Position numbers and translations under genes: made by a program. From positions 4,736,001 to 4,800,000 of the forward strand of contig CM000151.3 in NCBI GenBank assembly GCA_000004695.1: a stretch of 64,000 bases of DNA, in the 5' to 3' direction. The DNA is from Dictyostelium discoideum. Lineage: Eukaryota. Under the pieces are notes generated by a model. That model worked only from the letters and a program-made list of their open reading frames with translations. It did no database searches and was not told where the DNA came from. Every line of letters begins with the position of its first letter. Position 1 is the stretch's first letter. This document shows positions 1-13,132 of this stretch, piece after piece.

Positions 1-114
1 ACCTATTCATTTTTTTTTTTCAATGGGTGCACTCCTATTGGGAGTAATTATTAACAATAGAAAAAAATTTATATATAGATTATAAATGAGAATTTATTTT
101 TTTTTAAAAAAAAA

Positions 115-145
<31 letters not shown>

Positions 146-268
146 AGAATGCAGTGCTGTGAATTAAAAAAAATAAAAAAAAAAAAATAAAGAATGCGGT
201 GCTGTTGAATTAAAAAAAATATAACCTCAATTTTAGAAAATAAAAAATAAAAAATAAAAAATAAAATT

Positions 269-346
269 AATTCTTGTGATTTTTTTTTTTATTTTTTTTT
301 AAAAAAAAATTAAAAAATTAAAATAAAAAAAAAAATCACAAGAATT
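269..346. repeat. Imperfect A/T hairpin with GC-containing clamps (AATTCTTGTGA...TCACAAGAATT).
   Basis: The inverted repeat is ttcttgtgattttttttttt at 271-290 and aaaaaaaaaaatcacaagaa at 325-344. Confidence 0.7.
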
Positions 347-1031
347 CAATCTTTCAAGAAAAACATTTTTCCTCTCACTTTTACTCATCTCAATTTTTTT
401 TTTTTTTTTTCTCTTGGTGGCACTTTTCGATTTCGGTGTTCAGGATTGTCACAAACTTTCACAATTATAACTAAAAAAAAAAAAAAAAAAAAAAAAAATA
501 AAAATAATAATAATAAAAAAAAAAGTCGGGGTCATTAAAAAATAAAAAAATTAATGAAATAAATTGCAAAGAAAAAAAAAAAAAAAAAAAAAATAACACA
601 ATAATGACAACATATATTATACAAATAACTTGATTTTAATTGAATTAAAATTCCATGTTTATTTGAGCAATAAAGAAATAATAAAAAAAAAAGTCAATAG
701 TGATAGTTATTGTTTAATGTAATATTGCCCCAAGTGAATTATTGAATATGTGTGAGTGTGTGTGAATGTGTGCATTGGGGAGTGGGGTGGTGAATAAAAA
801 AAATCGCAACAACAACAACAAACAAAAAAAACAAAAAAACAAATAAAACAACACTACAAGCATACAACCAAATAAAATAAATTACACAACTCACACACAG
901 TCCTGTAAAAAACTTATTAATTGTAAATTATGTGGTGGGGTCATTGAAAATAATATTATTTTCAGTATCAAAAAAAAAAAAAAAAAATTAAATTAAAAAT
1001 ATTGATTATATTTTGTAGTATGAAAACAAAA

Positions 1032-1062
<31 letters not shown>

Positions 1063-1228
1063 AGTAATAATAAAAAGTAAAAAATAATTAAATTAAAAAT
1101 ATAAATCATTAACAATAATTTTTCAAATAATATACAACAATTAAATAAAATATTTCGCAACATTTCATTTTATTTTTTTTAATTATTTTAAAATTCAAAA
1201 AATAATTTTTTTGATTTGGCTTAAAAAC

Positions 1229-1289
1229 ACCAAACTATTTTTGGAATTCCCCAAAATAAATAAACATTCCAATATATCCAAGGAAGCCA

Positions 1290-1344
<55 letters not shown>

Positions 1345-1409
1345 AAACTATTTTTGGAAATCCTAAAATATATAAAATATTGCAATACATCCAAAGAAGC
1401 CAATAAAAA
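1229..1409. repeat. Two copies of a ~65-bp motif, each followed by a 40-50 nt poly-A run, ~100-250 bp upstream of the colossin-like gene.
   Basis: CCAAACTATTTTTGGAATTCCCCAAAATAAATAAACATTCCAATATATCCAAGGAAGCCAATAAAAA(A)n at 1231-1342 and CCAAACTATTTTTGGAAATCCTAAAATATATAAAATATTGCAATACATCCAAAGAAGCCAATAAAAA(A)n at 1343-1445. Confidence 0.8.
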
Positions 1410-1410
1410 A

Positions 1411-1442
<32 letters not shown>

Positions 1443-1490
1443 AGATAAAAAAAAAAAAATATAAAAAAAGAGAAAAAAAAAAAAAAAAAT

Positions 1491-2615
1491 ATGAAGGGTT
1501 CAATATTCTTACTCTTTATTTTCCAAATATTTAAATTTTCATCAAGTTATTCACATTATCCACATAAAAACCAGTTTTCATTTTATTCACCTACAAGTTT
1601 ATCATTTACATCTTCAAATTTCTCAAGTGGTAGTGGTAGTGGTAGTGGTGGTGCTAGTGGTAGTGGTGGTGGTGGTAATATTGGTAATAAATACAATAAT
1701 GAAAATAACAAAATTAATGAAGAGATTATTATTTCATGTATATATGATGACTATTTAAATTTTCAATACCAAGATTTAAGTAAGATCAATGGTATTTTAA
1801 TTAATGGTTTCAATAAAAATAGTACGAGTGATATATTTGTTAAAAATGTAAACTCTCAATATTATGATCAAAGTGATAGTAGCAATAATTTTCATTATTT
1901 TGATCAAGAGAATAATAATTTATCTCCACAATCTCAATTAAATAAGGAATGTCCATTCAATTTAAAGAATCCAATTCCAACATTTTCAAATTCAAGATAT
2001 TCAATCAAAATTGATAAATCATTTGATGTTTCTGATGAAATCACTTTAGTTTCAAAAAATAATTTCTTAAATTCAAATTCTGTAAGTTGTTTTCATTTTT
2101 ATAAAATTTTAAAAATATAATCTTCAATATTAATTTTTTTTTTTTTTTTTTTTTTTTAAAAAAGATTTCAAAATTAAAATTTAAAGTTTATATTCCAAAT
2201 AAAATTACCAATAAAATTAAAATACAACTTATAAATAGTTTAACTGGAAATAATGGTCCTAAAATACCATTGTTAAACACAATTGAAAATAATTATTTAA
2301 AACCATTCCCATGCCATCAATGGTTAGATGCATTTATTTTATTTAACGAAACCAATTATTATAATAATAATAATAATAATAATTATCCAATTTTTTACAA
2401 TGGTCTTAAAATTACAAGTAGTAATAGATCCCTTGATAACACTTGGATTGACGAAGTTTATATTGATGAAATTAAATTAATTTCAAACAATAATAAACAC
2501 AATAGTAATAAAAATGATAGAAAAAGAAATATTGATCAAACCAATGAAATTTATGATAAAATAAATATCAATAATAATAATTATAATATTAGAAAATTAT
2601 TTAGTATCTTAGATG

Positions 2616-2673
<58 letters not shown>

Positions 2674-3297
2674 AATTATTAATAGTTATAATACAATTAA
2701 TTCAAGGGCTGATATTGCATTAGGTGGTAATAGTGATGATCAAAGTGACATTTCATACTCTATCATTTGTAATAAACATATGAATGAATTGAATAATGAA
2801 ATCAAATGGAGATTTGAAGAAGGATCATCTAGTAGTTTAGTTGAAACAGCTAATGGGAATTTAATATTGGAAGGTTCAATTCATAGTATTTCAAAACATC
2901 AAGCTGATTATAATTTTAATTGTAAAACCAATTGGAAAATTAGAATTGAATTTTCACCAATTATCGATGATTATCAATATAATGGCAGAATGGAATTGGC
3001 ATCATTTGCATATACTAAAAATGGTGGTCCAATTGATACACTTTATTGGAAATATTATAAATTTGTAAATGGTTATTTAAGTGGTTTAGATTGTAATCAA
3101 GGTAAATTAATTCAAATTAATAATAATAATAATCATAATGAAAATAATAATGGAATTTTACAAATTGGTATTGGCGCAAATAATAAAAATGGTAGATTTG
3201 GTTTATCAGTATATGGATTACAGTTATCAATTGATAATGACAATACTTTTAATATTAATGTTGATTTAAATAACCAAAATAACCATTTATCTAATAA

Positions 3298-3328
<31 letters not shown>

Positions 3329-6300
3329 AATGAAGTTTTAGAATGTAATTGTCCAATTGGATTTATTTGTTTAAATGATGGAACATGTAAATTAAATTTT
3401 CAAAATGATGTTGATGAAGAATATATAGATTGTTCAACATTACAATGTCCATCAGGGTATGAATGTAAACTTGATAAGAATTCAAAGACTAGAGGATGTA
3501 TTGAACAGATTGGCCCACAAAATCTTAATCAAACTAATAAATGTTTGGGTAATTTAAAGTGTCCAGATGGATTTGGTTGCTGGCATAATTCAACTGATAA
3601 TACTTTAAATTGTAAACAATATAATAATCATAAATTTGATACAAATGTCATCGATAGTGAAAAACATAGACATCATTGTAGAAATGTTGATTGTCCAAAG
3701 AGTCATTACTGTAAAATTCAAAGAAATGGTTTACCAAGATGTTTCCCAAAAGTTAACCCATGTGAATTTGTAAGTTGTGATTGTAATCTAGAGTGTAGAG
3801 TAACATCATGTGGTGATGCTAAATGTTTTGCACCAGAGGAATGTTGTGAAGGTAAAGCTTGTATGGACACTAGAAATTATAGATGCGTAAAGATTAATGG
3901 CGTTGATGAATGTGTTAGAATCCCACCTTTGAAACCATTACCACCCCCACCCATTTTCTATGAAACACCATCACCAACATCTGCACCACCCACTGAAACA
4001 CCATCGCCAACTGACACACCAACTGATAAACCAACTATACCACCAACACCAACACCAACACCATCCAAAGAAATTACAGATTGTAGTCAAGTAATTTGTC
4101 AAGTTAATTATACATGTTTTGATATACAAAAAGGTGTTGGACCATTTACGCCAGTTTGTATACCCATTAATTATTGTGACGAGTATACCACTAGATTCGA
4201 TTTACAAGGTTATGTTTGGTTGGATGACAATGAAAATGGCTATAGAGATGTCAATGAAAATGGTGTTGAAACTGAACCAATTGGCGTAGAGGGTATCTTT
4301 TGTAATTTGGTATTCAGTACCGATCATTCACCCGCAAGAAATCATTATGGTGATATCATACCAGTATCAGTTACAAATTTGGATGGTTTCTTTAGTTTCA
4401 ATGATGTTGTACCAGGTTCTTATGTTATCGATTTCTATAATATCAAAGGTTATCATTGGACTCTACCATTCAATAGATACTTTAAGAATAGTAATTGGGT
4501 TAATAGTGATGGTACTTCTTTACCATTTGAATTACCACAATATAATGTTTCAAATCCAAATTTCATAATTTCACCACAATCCAATTTAATTTCAAAATCT
4601 ATAACTCTACCACAACCAATATTTTCAACTAATGCTATAGTCACTGTTAATAATGATGGTTTCGATGAGTTAGGTAGCAGTGGCAGTGGTAGTAGTGGTA
4701 ATAGTGGTAGTAGTGGTAGTGGTGGTAGTAGTAATGATAGCACAGAATCTCAATGGTCATCAGAATCAGAATCATCAGCATCTCTAATTACACCATCAAA
4801 TATCTGTCAAACTCATTTCACTGTTTCAAATATACTTGCTGGTCTTATTGTTGGTCCACAACCAACTCCATCCACTGATATACCAACAACAACAACAACA
4901 ACAACCTCTACATCAACAACAGGTCCAATTGAACCAACATCAACACCAACGCCAATAGTTGATGTTATTGATTATTATGGTATTGGTAAACAGGTATTCA
5001 TCGATTTCAATAATAATGGTATATTTGATAGTGGTATTGATAGACCAGTATCGGGTGTTGAAATTACATTAATTCAAAAAGGTTTCAGAGCATACAATCA
5101 TAAGGGTGATAAAGTACCAACAATAAAAACCGATACCAATGGTTTTTACTTTTTCGATGCTCTTGCACCTGGTGTATATAGAGTTTCATTGAATAATTTA
5201 CCACCACATGGTTATACCAATTCATTGTTAAACAAATATCCAATTGATACAAGTTCAAATACAAGTGCTCAATTCATAGTTTATTATCGTGTGAAAGATA
5301 ATATAAAATATAATGCTTCCGATTATCCATTGGCATCAAGTAATATTAAACCAAAGCTTGCACAATATATTAATTCATATGTCGATTTTGCTTTAGTACC
5401 TATTAATCCACCGATTGCAGTTGGTGATACCGTTTACTTTGATTCAAATCAAAATGGTAAACAAGATCCATTTGAAAAAGGTATCAAAGGTATTCAAGTC
5501 ACTCTAAAAGATTTAAAGAATGGTTATGAATATAAAACCATCACAGATGATAATGGTAAATATTTATTCGATCAAATGATTGAAAGTGATAATTATCAAT
5601 TACAATTCTCTGTACCAAATGGATTCCAAGTTGTCGATCATCCAAATTCAATAAAGAATGGAGTTTACACAATGGATACATTTCAATTATCTTCAAGTAC
5701 CACTCCACCAACTAATGCTTCATTAACAAAGGGTGTAGTTGGTAACAAGAAAGTTAATTCCGCTTATTTCGACGATTCAAAAGATGTACCATTGTATTTC
5801 GAAAATTCTTATGCAATTGGCCATCAAGCTTTTATCGATACAAATTTAGATGGATTGTATAAAAATGACCTTGATAAACCATTACCTGGCGTTGAAGTTA
5901 CTTTGGTTAATGCCGCTTCACCATCAACTCCAATTACAAATATCTTAGGTCAAATTGTTAGAACTGTTATCACTGATGCAAAGGGTTTTTATCAATTTGA
6001 TTTCTTAAAGCCAAATAACTACATTGTTCAATTTAAACCACCCACTGGGTTCAAAGTTACAAAGCCACCACCAAACACTGCAACCTATCCAGAATTAGGT
6101 TCATTAATAGATACAAAATCATTTAAAACACCATCATTAGATATTGTTACCTTATCGAAACCAAAGAATATAGAATACATTCGTCTTAATGTTCAAGCTT
6201 CAAATATTTTCGAAAGTGTAAATGCAGGTTTCTATATTCCACCAACATTTTCAATTGGTCATAGAGTTTGGTATGATACAAATGCTGATGGTATTATGGA

Positions 6301-9300
6301 TCCAACTGAAGAGGGTGTACCTGGTATTGTAGTTTCACTATATACTGATAAGAGTGAACCCGCTTATGATATCAATGATAATCTCATCATTCCAACGATA
6401 ACAGACTCTAAAGGTTTTTATTTATTAACCAAAATTCCAACAGGTAATTACTTCATTTCATTTAGTAATCTACCAAAAGGTTACACTTGGACCAAACAAA
6501 ATGTTCTCACACTTGATTCAGTTGGTTATGATTCACGTCCAAATGTTTTCACAGGATATACCTCTTTGTTTGAAATGTCAACAACAAGTCAATTGGTTAG
6601 AACTACTGTTCCTTCTGACAACTCACCAGATTTCTATATAAATCCAATCGAAAATGCTGGTATCATCAAGGGTAATAGAGGTCTGGTTATTAAATACGCA
6701 GTTGGTAGATACATATTTTATGACGATAATAGAAATGGAATTTTAGATGATTATGAAAACGGTGTTGGAGGTGTCATTGTTCAAATATTCACTTCAGCTG
6801 GTAAACCTGCTCTTGATTTTAATGGCAAGGTTATTCCACCCGCTGTAACCGATTCAACAGGTCGTTATATCATTGATAATTTATCACAAGGCGATTATAT
6901 CATTCAATTTTCAAATATTCCAAATGGTTATAACTTTGAAAATTTACCACCACCTTATCCAAATTATCTCAATGGTAGAATTGGTACATTTACTCTTTCG
7001 CCATCATCCTCTATCAATACAACAAATGTTATTAAAAAATTCAATCCTCCAAAACCTAATGGAGGTAAAAAAGTTTCATTCAGTCATAGTATCAATCAAA
7101 AATCTAGGAAATTATTAAATGATGGAATAATTGGACAAGACACATCTGTTGATTTATCAAATGTTATAGCTGGAGGTAGTACTGTCGATGGTGTTGACAT
7201 TCCAAATGTTATAGCTGGTGGTAGTACTGTCGATGGTGGTACTAGTGTTAATGGTGGTACTGGTAGTACTTCAACAACAACAGTTTCATCATCACCATCA
7301 TCATCATCTGATATTGGTAGTAGTAGTGATATCAGTAGTGAAGTATCATCATCGTTATCATCATCGCCATCATCATCAGAACAACCATCAGAGCAATCAT
7401 CATCATCATCAGAACAACCACCAGAAGATTCAATGGAAGAATATCCAGTTCATTATTATGAACCTGTATTTGAGACAACACCAGGTAGTTATCCATTGGA
7501 TAGTATTAAAGCAGAAAGAACAGATTTAACAAGAAATGCAGCAATTGTAAGAGCAGCACCATATGCATTTGGTCAAAAAGTATTTTTCATTGATAATAAT
7601 GGCAATGAAGTTGGTGTACCAGATGTAACGGTAACATTAGTTAATTCAAATGGTTTCCCAGTGACAAGTATTAATGGTGTAAATATGGTACCAACAAAGA
7701 CAGATTCAAAGGGTTCATACCGTTTCAATTTATTACGTGCTGGTTCTTATCATGTTGAATTTTCAAATATTCCAATTGGTTTTTCATTCTTTGACCCATT
7801 ATCAGGTAAAATCGATTTCAATCTTGTAAACACTGATCCAAATGTACGTGGTGCAATACCAGCCGATAAAGTACCAAAAGCAACCTATTATGATCAACAT
7901 GTTAATCTTCAATTGAATCCACCATTTATCTTTGCAATTGGTACCCGTGTTTGGAATGATACAAATAAGAATGGTCTCTATGAAATTGCTGAACCTGTTT
8001 TCCCAAATATTACAGTTAGACTATTTGATCAAAATTTACAACCAGTACTAGATAATTTTAACATTCAAGTGGAGCCAACTGTAACCAATGCATTGGGTCA
8101 ATATTATTTCGATAATTTACATAGTGGTTCATATATTGTCAAATTCGAAGTACCAACTCGTTATTATTTCGCACCACAATTGAAATCAATTGAAAATTCC
8201 AATGGAGTTGGTGTCAATTCAAAACCAAATAGTCAAGGTTATACAAGTGTTATTTCACTCTCACCAGATTCATTGGTTGAAGCTCCACCATCAGATTTTA
8301 ATTTCACCATTAGATCTTTAGTAGGTAATTTCCATATTGATGCTGGTTTAATTTATGATGAAAATTATGTCAAGTCATATGCGGTTGGTAGATATGTATT
8401 CTATGATCTCAATGATAATGGTATTATGGATAGTGGTGAAATGGGTGTACCAAATGTTACCGTTGAAATATTTAATCCAACTGGTCAACAAGTTTACAAT
8501 ATCAATGAATTACTAATTGGATCAACAACCACAGATTCCAATGGTTATTACCTTTTCGATGAAATTCAACCTGGTAGTTATATCATAAAGTTTAGTAATA
8601 TACCAAATGATTTAATGTTTGGAAATAAAACAAAACCAAATTCAAATACTGGCCTAACTGAACCATTCTTATTATTCCCAAAAGAACCTGCTATCAGACT
8701 TGTAAATAGTACCACTGATGTTGGTGTAAAAGCTCAAGCAGTCGATTTCACAGAGAATGCAGGTTTAATTAAAAAGGTAACATTTGCGATTGGTCATTAT
8801 GTTTGGTATGATATAAATTCAAATGGTCTTCAAGATTATCCAAATGAACCGCCAGCATATGGAGTTCCACTTAGATTACTTAAATGCAATTTGATTGGTA
8901 TAACTTATGATACTTGTTTCACAGTGATAAATACAACTACAACCGATCAAAATGGTCTTTACTATTTTGATAATTTATCACCCGGTTTATATAAACTATT
9001 ATTTATGAATCAACAAGGCATTTTCGAAACTACAACTCCTTTCGCTGGTAATGGTACAAATGATAGTAAAGCAATCGATGAAGCTATCACTGGAATTAGA
9101 TTATCAATATATACAAAGAATGTAACGAAAACAGATTCAAATCTTGACCCAATGATAAAGGCACCCTTCATTGATAGAACATTGAATGTTGGTATTCTAA
9201 AACCACCAATGTTTAGTATTGGTCATAAAGTTTGGTATGATACCAATAAAAATGGTAAAATCGATCTAAAAGAACAACCAGCACCAAATGTAACCATTTA

Positions 9301-12300
9301 TCTCAAACGTGCAAAAGAGGTCAACTTTGAATATTCCTTTGATCTCTATGGTAAACCTATGATCGCTAAAACAAATGAAACAGGTGATTATTGGATCAAT
9401 AATATTCCACCAGGTCTTTACATTGCAAAATTCTTTCCACCAAATGATACAAGATTCACCATTCAAATGAATGATAATAGTGCAAATGTTTTCGGTTCTT
9501 CATATGCAATCTATTTGTTCTATAAAGTTCCAGGTATTCATCCATACAATTTAAAAGTTGATATTGGTGCGGTGAATGCAAGTTATGTTTACTCAAAAGT
9601 TAATGCAGGTTTATTAAAAGGTTTAGTTGATATTCGTCTTTATGCAGTTAGTGGTTATGTTTACAACGATACCAATTCCAATGGTATTAGAGATCCCGGT
9701 GAAAATGGTGTTAATGGTACAATTGTAACATTATTGGATATAAATGGTAATACAATGGTTGATGCTGATTCTTATCCAATTAATTCATATACAACGGGTC
9801 CTGATGGATACTATAAATTCGATGATTTCTCATTTGGTAAATATATTATAACATTTAGCGGTGTACCAGATTTAATCTATCAATTCTATAAACCAGATGA
9901 TCAACAACATTTAAATCATTCCACACTTTCAAATATAACAATTTGGTCACCAGATAATCCAATGGTTGTAAATGCAACACTCAGTGATCATGTCAACGCT
10001 CAATATATTCTTAGAGAACAAAATAAAGGTATTATTAGAGTGATCACTTATGCAATTGGAGGTAAGGTTATACCAGATTTTAAAAACACAACATATAAGG
10101 ATAGTGGTTACGCGGGTGGTGCTGTTATAGTTCAATTATACCGTAACAATTCAATAGCAACAGATCTTCGTGGTAATCCAATACCATCGGTATTGACCAA
10201 TGTATTGACTGGTGAATATCTTTTCGATAATGTACCAATCTTAGAGGGTTATCAAGTAATGTTTTCAAGTCCACCACCAGGTTGGATTTTTGAAAAGTAT
10301 AGAATCACTCAAACCCCATTCATTCAACTTGATCTTTTACCATCATTCAATTTACCAAAATCAAATCCAAAATTAATAGATAAGAAACTTTATCCAAATA
10401 TCTTTGCAACCTATGGTGTATTGGATCAAGATACTATTATCTCACCCACTCTTTTTGGAATTGGTAAGAATACATTCATTGATGTTGAAAATAGTGGTCT
10501 CGAATCAATACCTTTAATTCCATTAGGGGGTGTAGTTGTAACACTTTACAATAGTGTATTCGAAAGAGTATTTGATGCATTTGGTAATTTGGTTAAAGAG
10601 AAAACCACGGGTGAAGATGGTGAATATTCTTTTGAAGACCTTTACTCTGGTCAATATATTGTTCATTTTGGTTTAGTTGAAGGTTATTCATTCACTCAAC
10701 AGTATGCTGGAACAGATCCTGAAATTGATTCGAATGCAAGTCCTGTAGATGGTTATTCAGAAATCATTCAATTAGATTCAATGAATAATGAATTGATTTT
10801 AATACCATTGGAATCTAGAAACAACACATTATTCTGTGATCCAACAATTGATGGTGGTTATGTTTCACTCTCACCTCAAGGTTTCATTAGTGGTATGACA
10901 TATATTGATTATAATGCTGATGGTGTATTCACACCAAATTCACGTGATAAACCATATCCAAATATTACGGTTTCAATCTACACTGGTGATGATAGTAGAT
11001 TAGTTGCAACCGCTCAAACTGATAAGAAAGGTTTTTACTCATTCTCACATTTATTCATATCCACTCAATATCAAGTTGTTTTCTCAGGTATTCCTCAAGG
11101 TTATTATACATCATTCCAAGCTGATACTGTACAATTCCCAATCGCAACAAAGACTGGTGTAAATTTAGGTATCATTAAACCATTGGAATATTGTCAAGAT
11201 GATATTAAAATAATTACAACTTGTTTTGTTCGTGGTGATTCAAATGATGATTTACCAGCTGTCGTTCAATTCCCTTATACTGCTTATTCCGATTTGAATG
11301 GTGATAATGGACAAAAAGTTGATCTAGTAACAATGAGTGAAACTAAAACAGTTTATGGTCTTGGATATGATCGTAAAGAGAATACAATCTATCTTTCGCC
11401 ATATAAAAAGCAATTTTCTAGTTTAAATTCAAAAACTTCATCAACTATCTTTAAGAAATCATTATCAACAGGTGCCCTATCAGCTTATGTAAATTTAGCA
11501 ACAGTTTTAGGTTTTGACTTTTTAGCTCCAAATGGTAAAGTTTATGGTGATTCTCAAACCTATCGTGTATTATTTGGTGATTTGGATATTATTGGTGATT
11601 ATATTTGGGTTACAAATCTTTATAGAAACATTGTAGTTAAAATACCATTACGTCAAACTCCAACTAGAGAAAACATTAAATTAGTAAACATCACTCATAA
11701 TTGTGGTCCAGATCCATTTAGAATCTTTGGTTTAGGTTATAATGGTTCCAATGTATTCGTTGGTGGTGTTTGTGAAGGTTCAGTTTCGAAGGATATAAGA
11801 AATGTAATTGGTGTAATTAAAGTGATTAGCTCTGATGAAACTTCATTCTCTGATGTTTTAACAATTCCAATGAATTATCCACGTGGTCGTTTACAAACTA
11901 GAATCATGTTTTTAAATGATATGACACCCATTTTCTCATCGGTTCAAAATTCAACATGGCAAGTTTGGAATGATACAGTGGGTAGTTTTAAACCTCAACC
12001 ACAGATAACCGATATTACATTCATTGGCGATGGTGGTAATATGGTAATATCAATGAAAGATCGTGAAGCTGATAGTCAAAGTGTTACGCCTGCAGGTGAT
12101 ATATTAATGGCATGTAAAGATTCAAATGGTGTTTATCAATTGGAGAGTGCTGGTGTTTGTGGTGGGTTAATTGGTACAAATCCAATTTCAATTGGTACAA
12201 TGATTGAACAAGGACCAGGTGGTGGTGAATTTTTCGATGACAATTTTAGTGATCGTGATTGGCAACATGATGAAACCACTTGGGGTTCTTCATATTATTT

Positions 12301-12865
12301 ACCAGGTAGTGGTGAAGTCATTGGTGGAGCATACGATCTTTTATCAACCAATGAAGCAATTGTAAAACATTGGTCAGTCTATAATGGTCGTGTTTTATAT
12401 GGTTTCATTTTAATTCATGGTGCTGGTTTAGATTATGTTTTCAATAAAGTTAATGGTTTAGGTGATATGGATGCAAATTGTAGATTACCAAATACTTATA
12501 TTGGCAATTACGTTTGGTATGATCTAAATAAAAATGGTCTTCAAGATCCAAATGAAAAAGGAATGGCAAATATTACTGTTCAATTATTTAGTGCCGCTAA
12601 TTCAACATTCATTAATTCAACTCTAACCGATTCCTCTGGTAATTACAATTTCCAAGTCATTTCAGAGTTTAAATATAGAGTTCATTTCGTTGCTCCAAAA
12701 GGTTTCACTTATTCTCCTATCGTTACTGTTAGTAGTGATCCTAATGATAAAAGAGATTTGGAAAAAATCAATAGTTTACCTGATTCAAAAGGTGACGCAT
12801 ATTTCTTTGCTAATGGTAATGGTGAAAATACTCAAGATATTGATTGTGGTTTTATAAGAATTTAA
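1491..12865 (+). CDS. Giant secreted colossin-like protein (3763 aa): signal peptide, EGF-like Cys-rich module, Pro/Thr linker, about 16 CnaB/SdrD-B-like repeats. Two exons: 1491..2081 and 2165..12865.
   Basis: The ORF-track ORF 1491..2120 ends just after a GTAAGT at 2082. The large ORF 2270..12865 'starts' at a TTG, and its open frame extends upstream to an AG at 2163-2164. Joining in phase 0 gives ...NNFLNSNS|ISKLKFKVYIPNK... The intron 2082..2164 is 83 bp and A/T-rich, and the stop is TAA at 12863-12865. The N-terminus MKGSIFLLFIFQIFKF is a signal peptide. There are Cys-rich repeats of the form C..L.CP.G..C, then a PT-rich linker (TPSPTSAPPTETPSPTDTPTDKPTIPPTPTPTPS). Motifs such as YVWYDxNxNGxxDxxExGVxGVxVxL...TDxxGxYxFxxLxPGxYxV recur about 16 times; these are Cna-B / SdrD B-like folds typical of Dictyostelium colossins. 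A unique ~750-aa domain follows, then a terminal repeat. Confidence 0.8.
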
Positions 12866-13132
12866 AAAAAAAAAAAAAAAATCAAATCTCGGAAAGTTAA
12901 TAAAAAAATAAAAAAAATAATTAGATTATAAAAGTAAAATAAAATAAAAAAAAATAATTGAAAACAAATCTAGGTTTAATCTTTGTTTATTTATTTTCTT
13001 TGAAAAAGATTTTTTTTTTTTATTTTTTTTTTAATTTTTTTTTTTTTTAAAAAATCAGTTGAGGAAATTATTTTTCCTTTTTTTATTTTTTTTTTTTTAA
13101 TTTCAAATCACTGCGAATTAAAAAAAAAAAAA

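Noticed and set aside
1221-1403. 60-aa minus-strand ORF with a poly-F run
   Set aside because: It is a translation of the poly-A tract between two copies of the 65-bp upstream repeat, and has no coding signal.
2270-2272. ORF-track 'M' starts at TTG/GTG (e.g. 2270, 23550, 34170 region, 40885, 45729, 48498, 55781, 53548)
   Set aside because: These are alternative-start-codon artefacts of the ORF caller. In each case the frame is open upstream to a splice acceptor, and similarity to homologues confirms that the codon is internal (Leu or Val).
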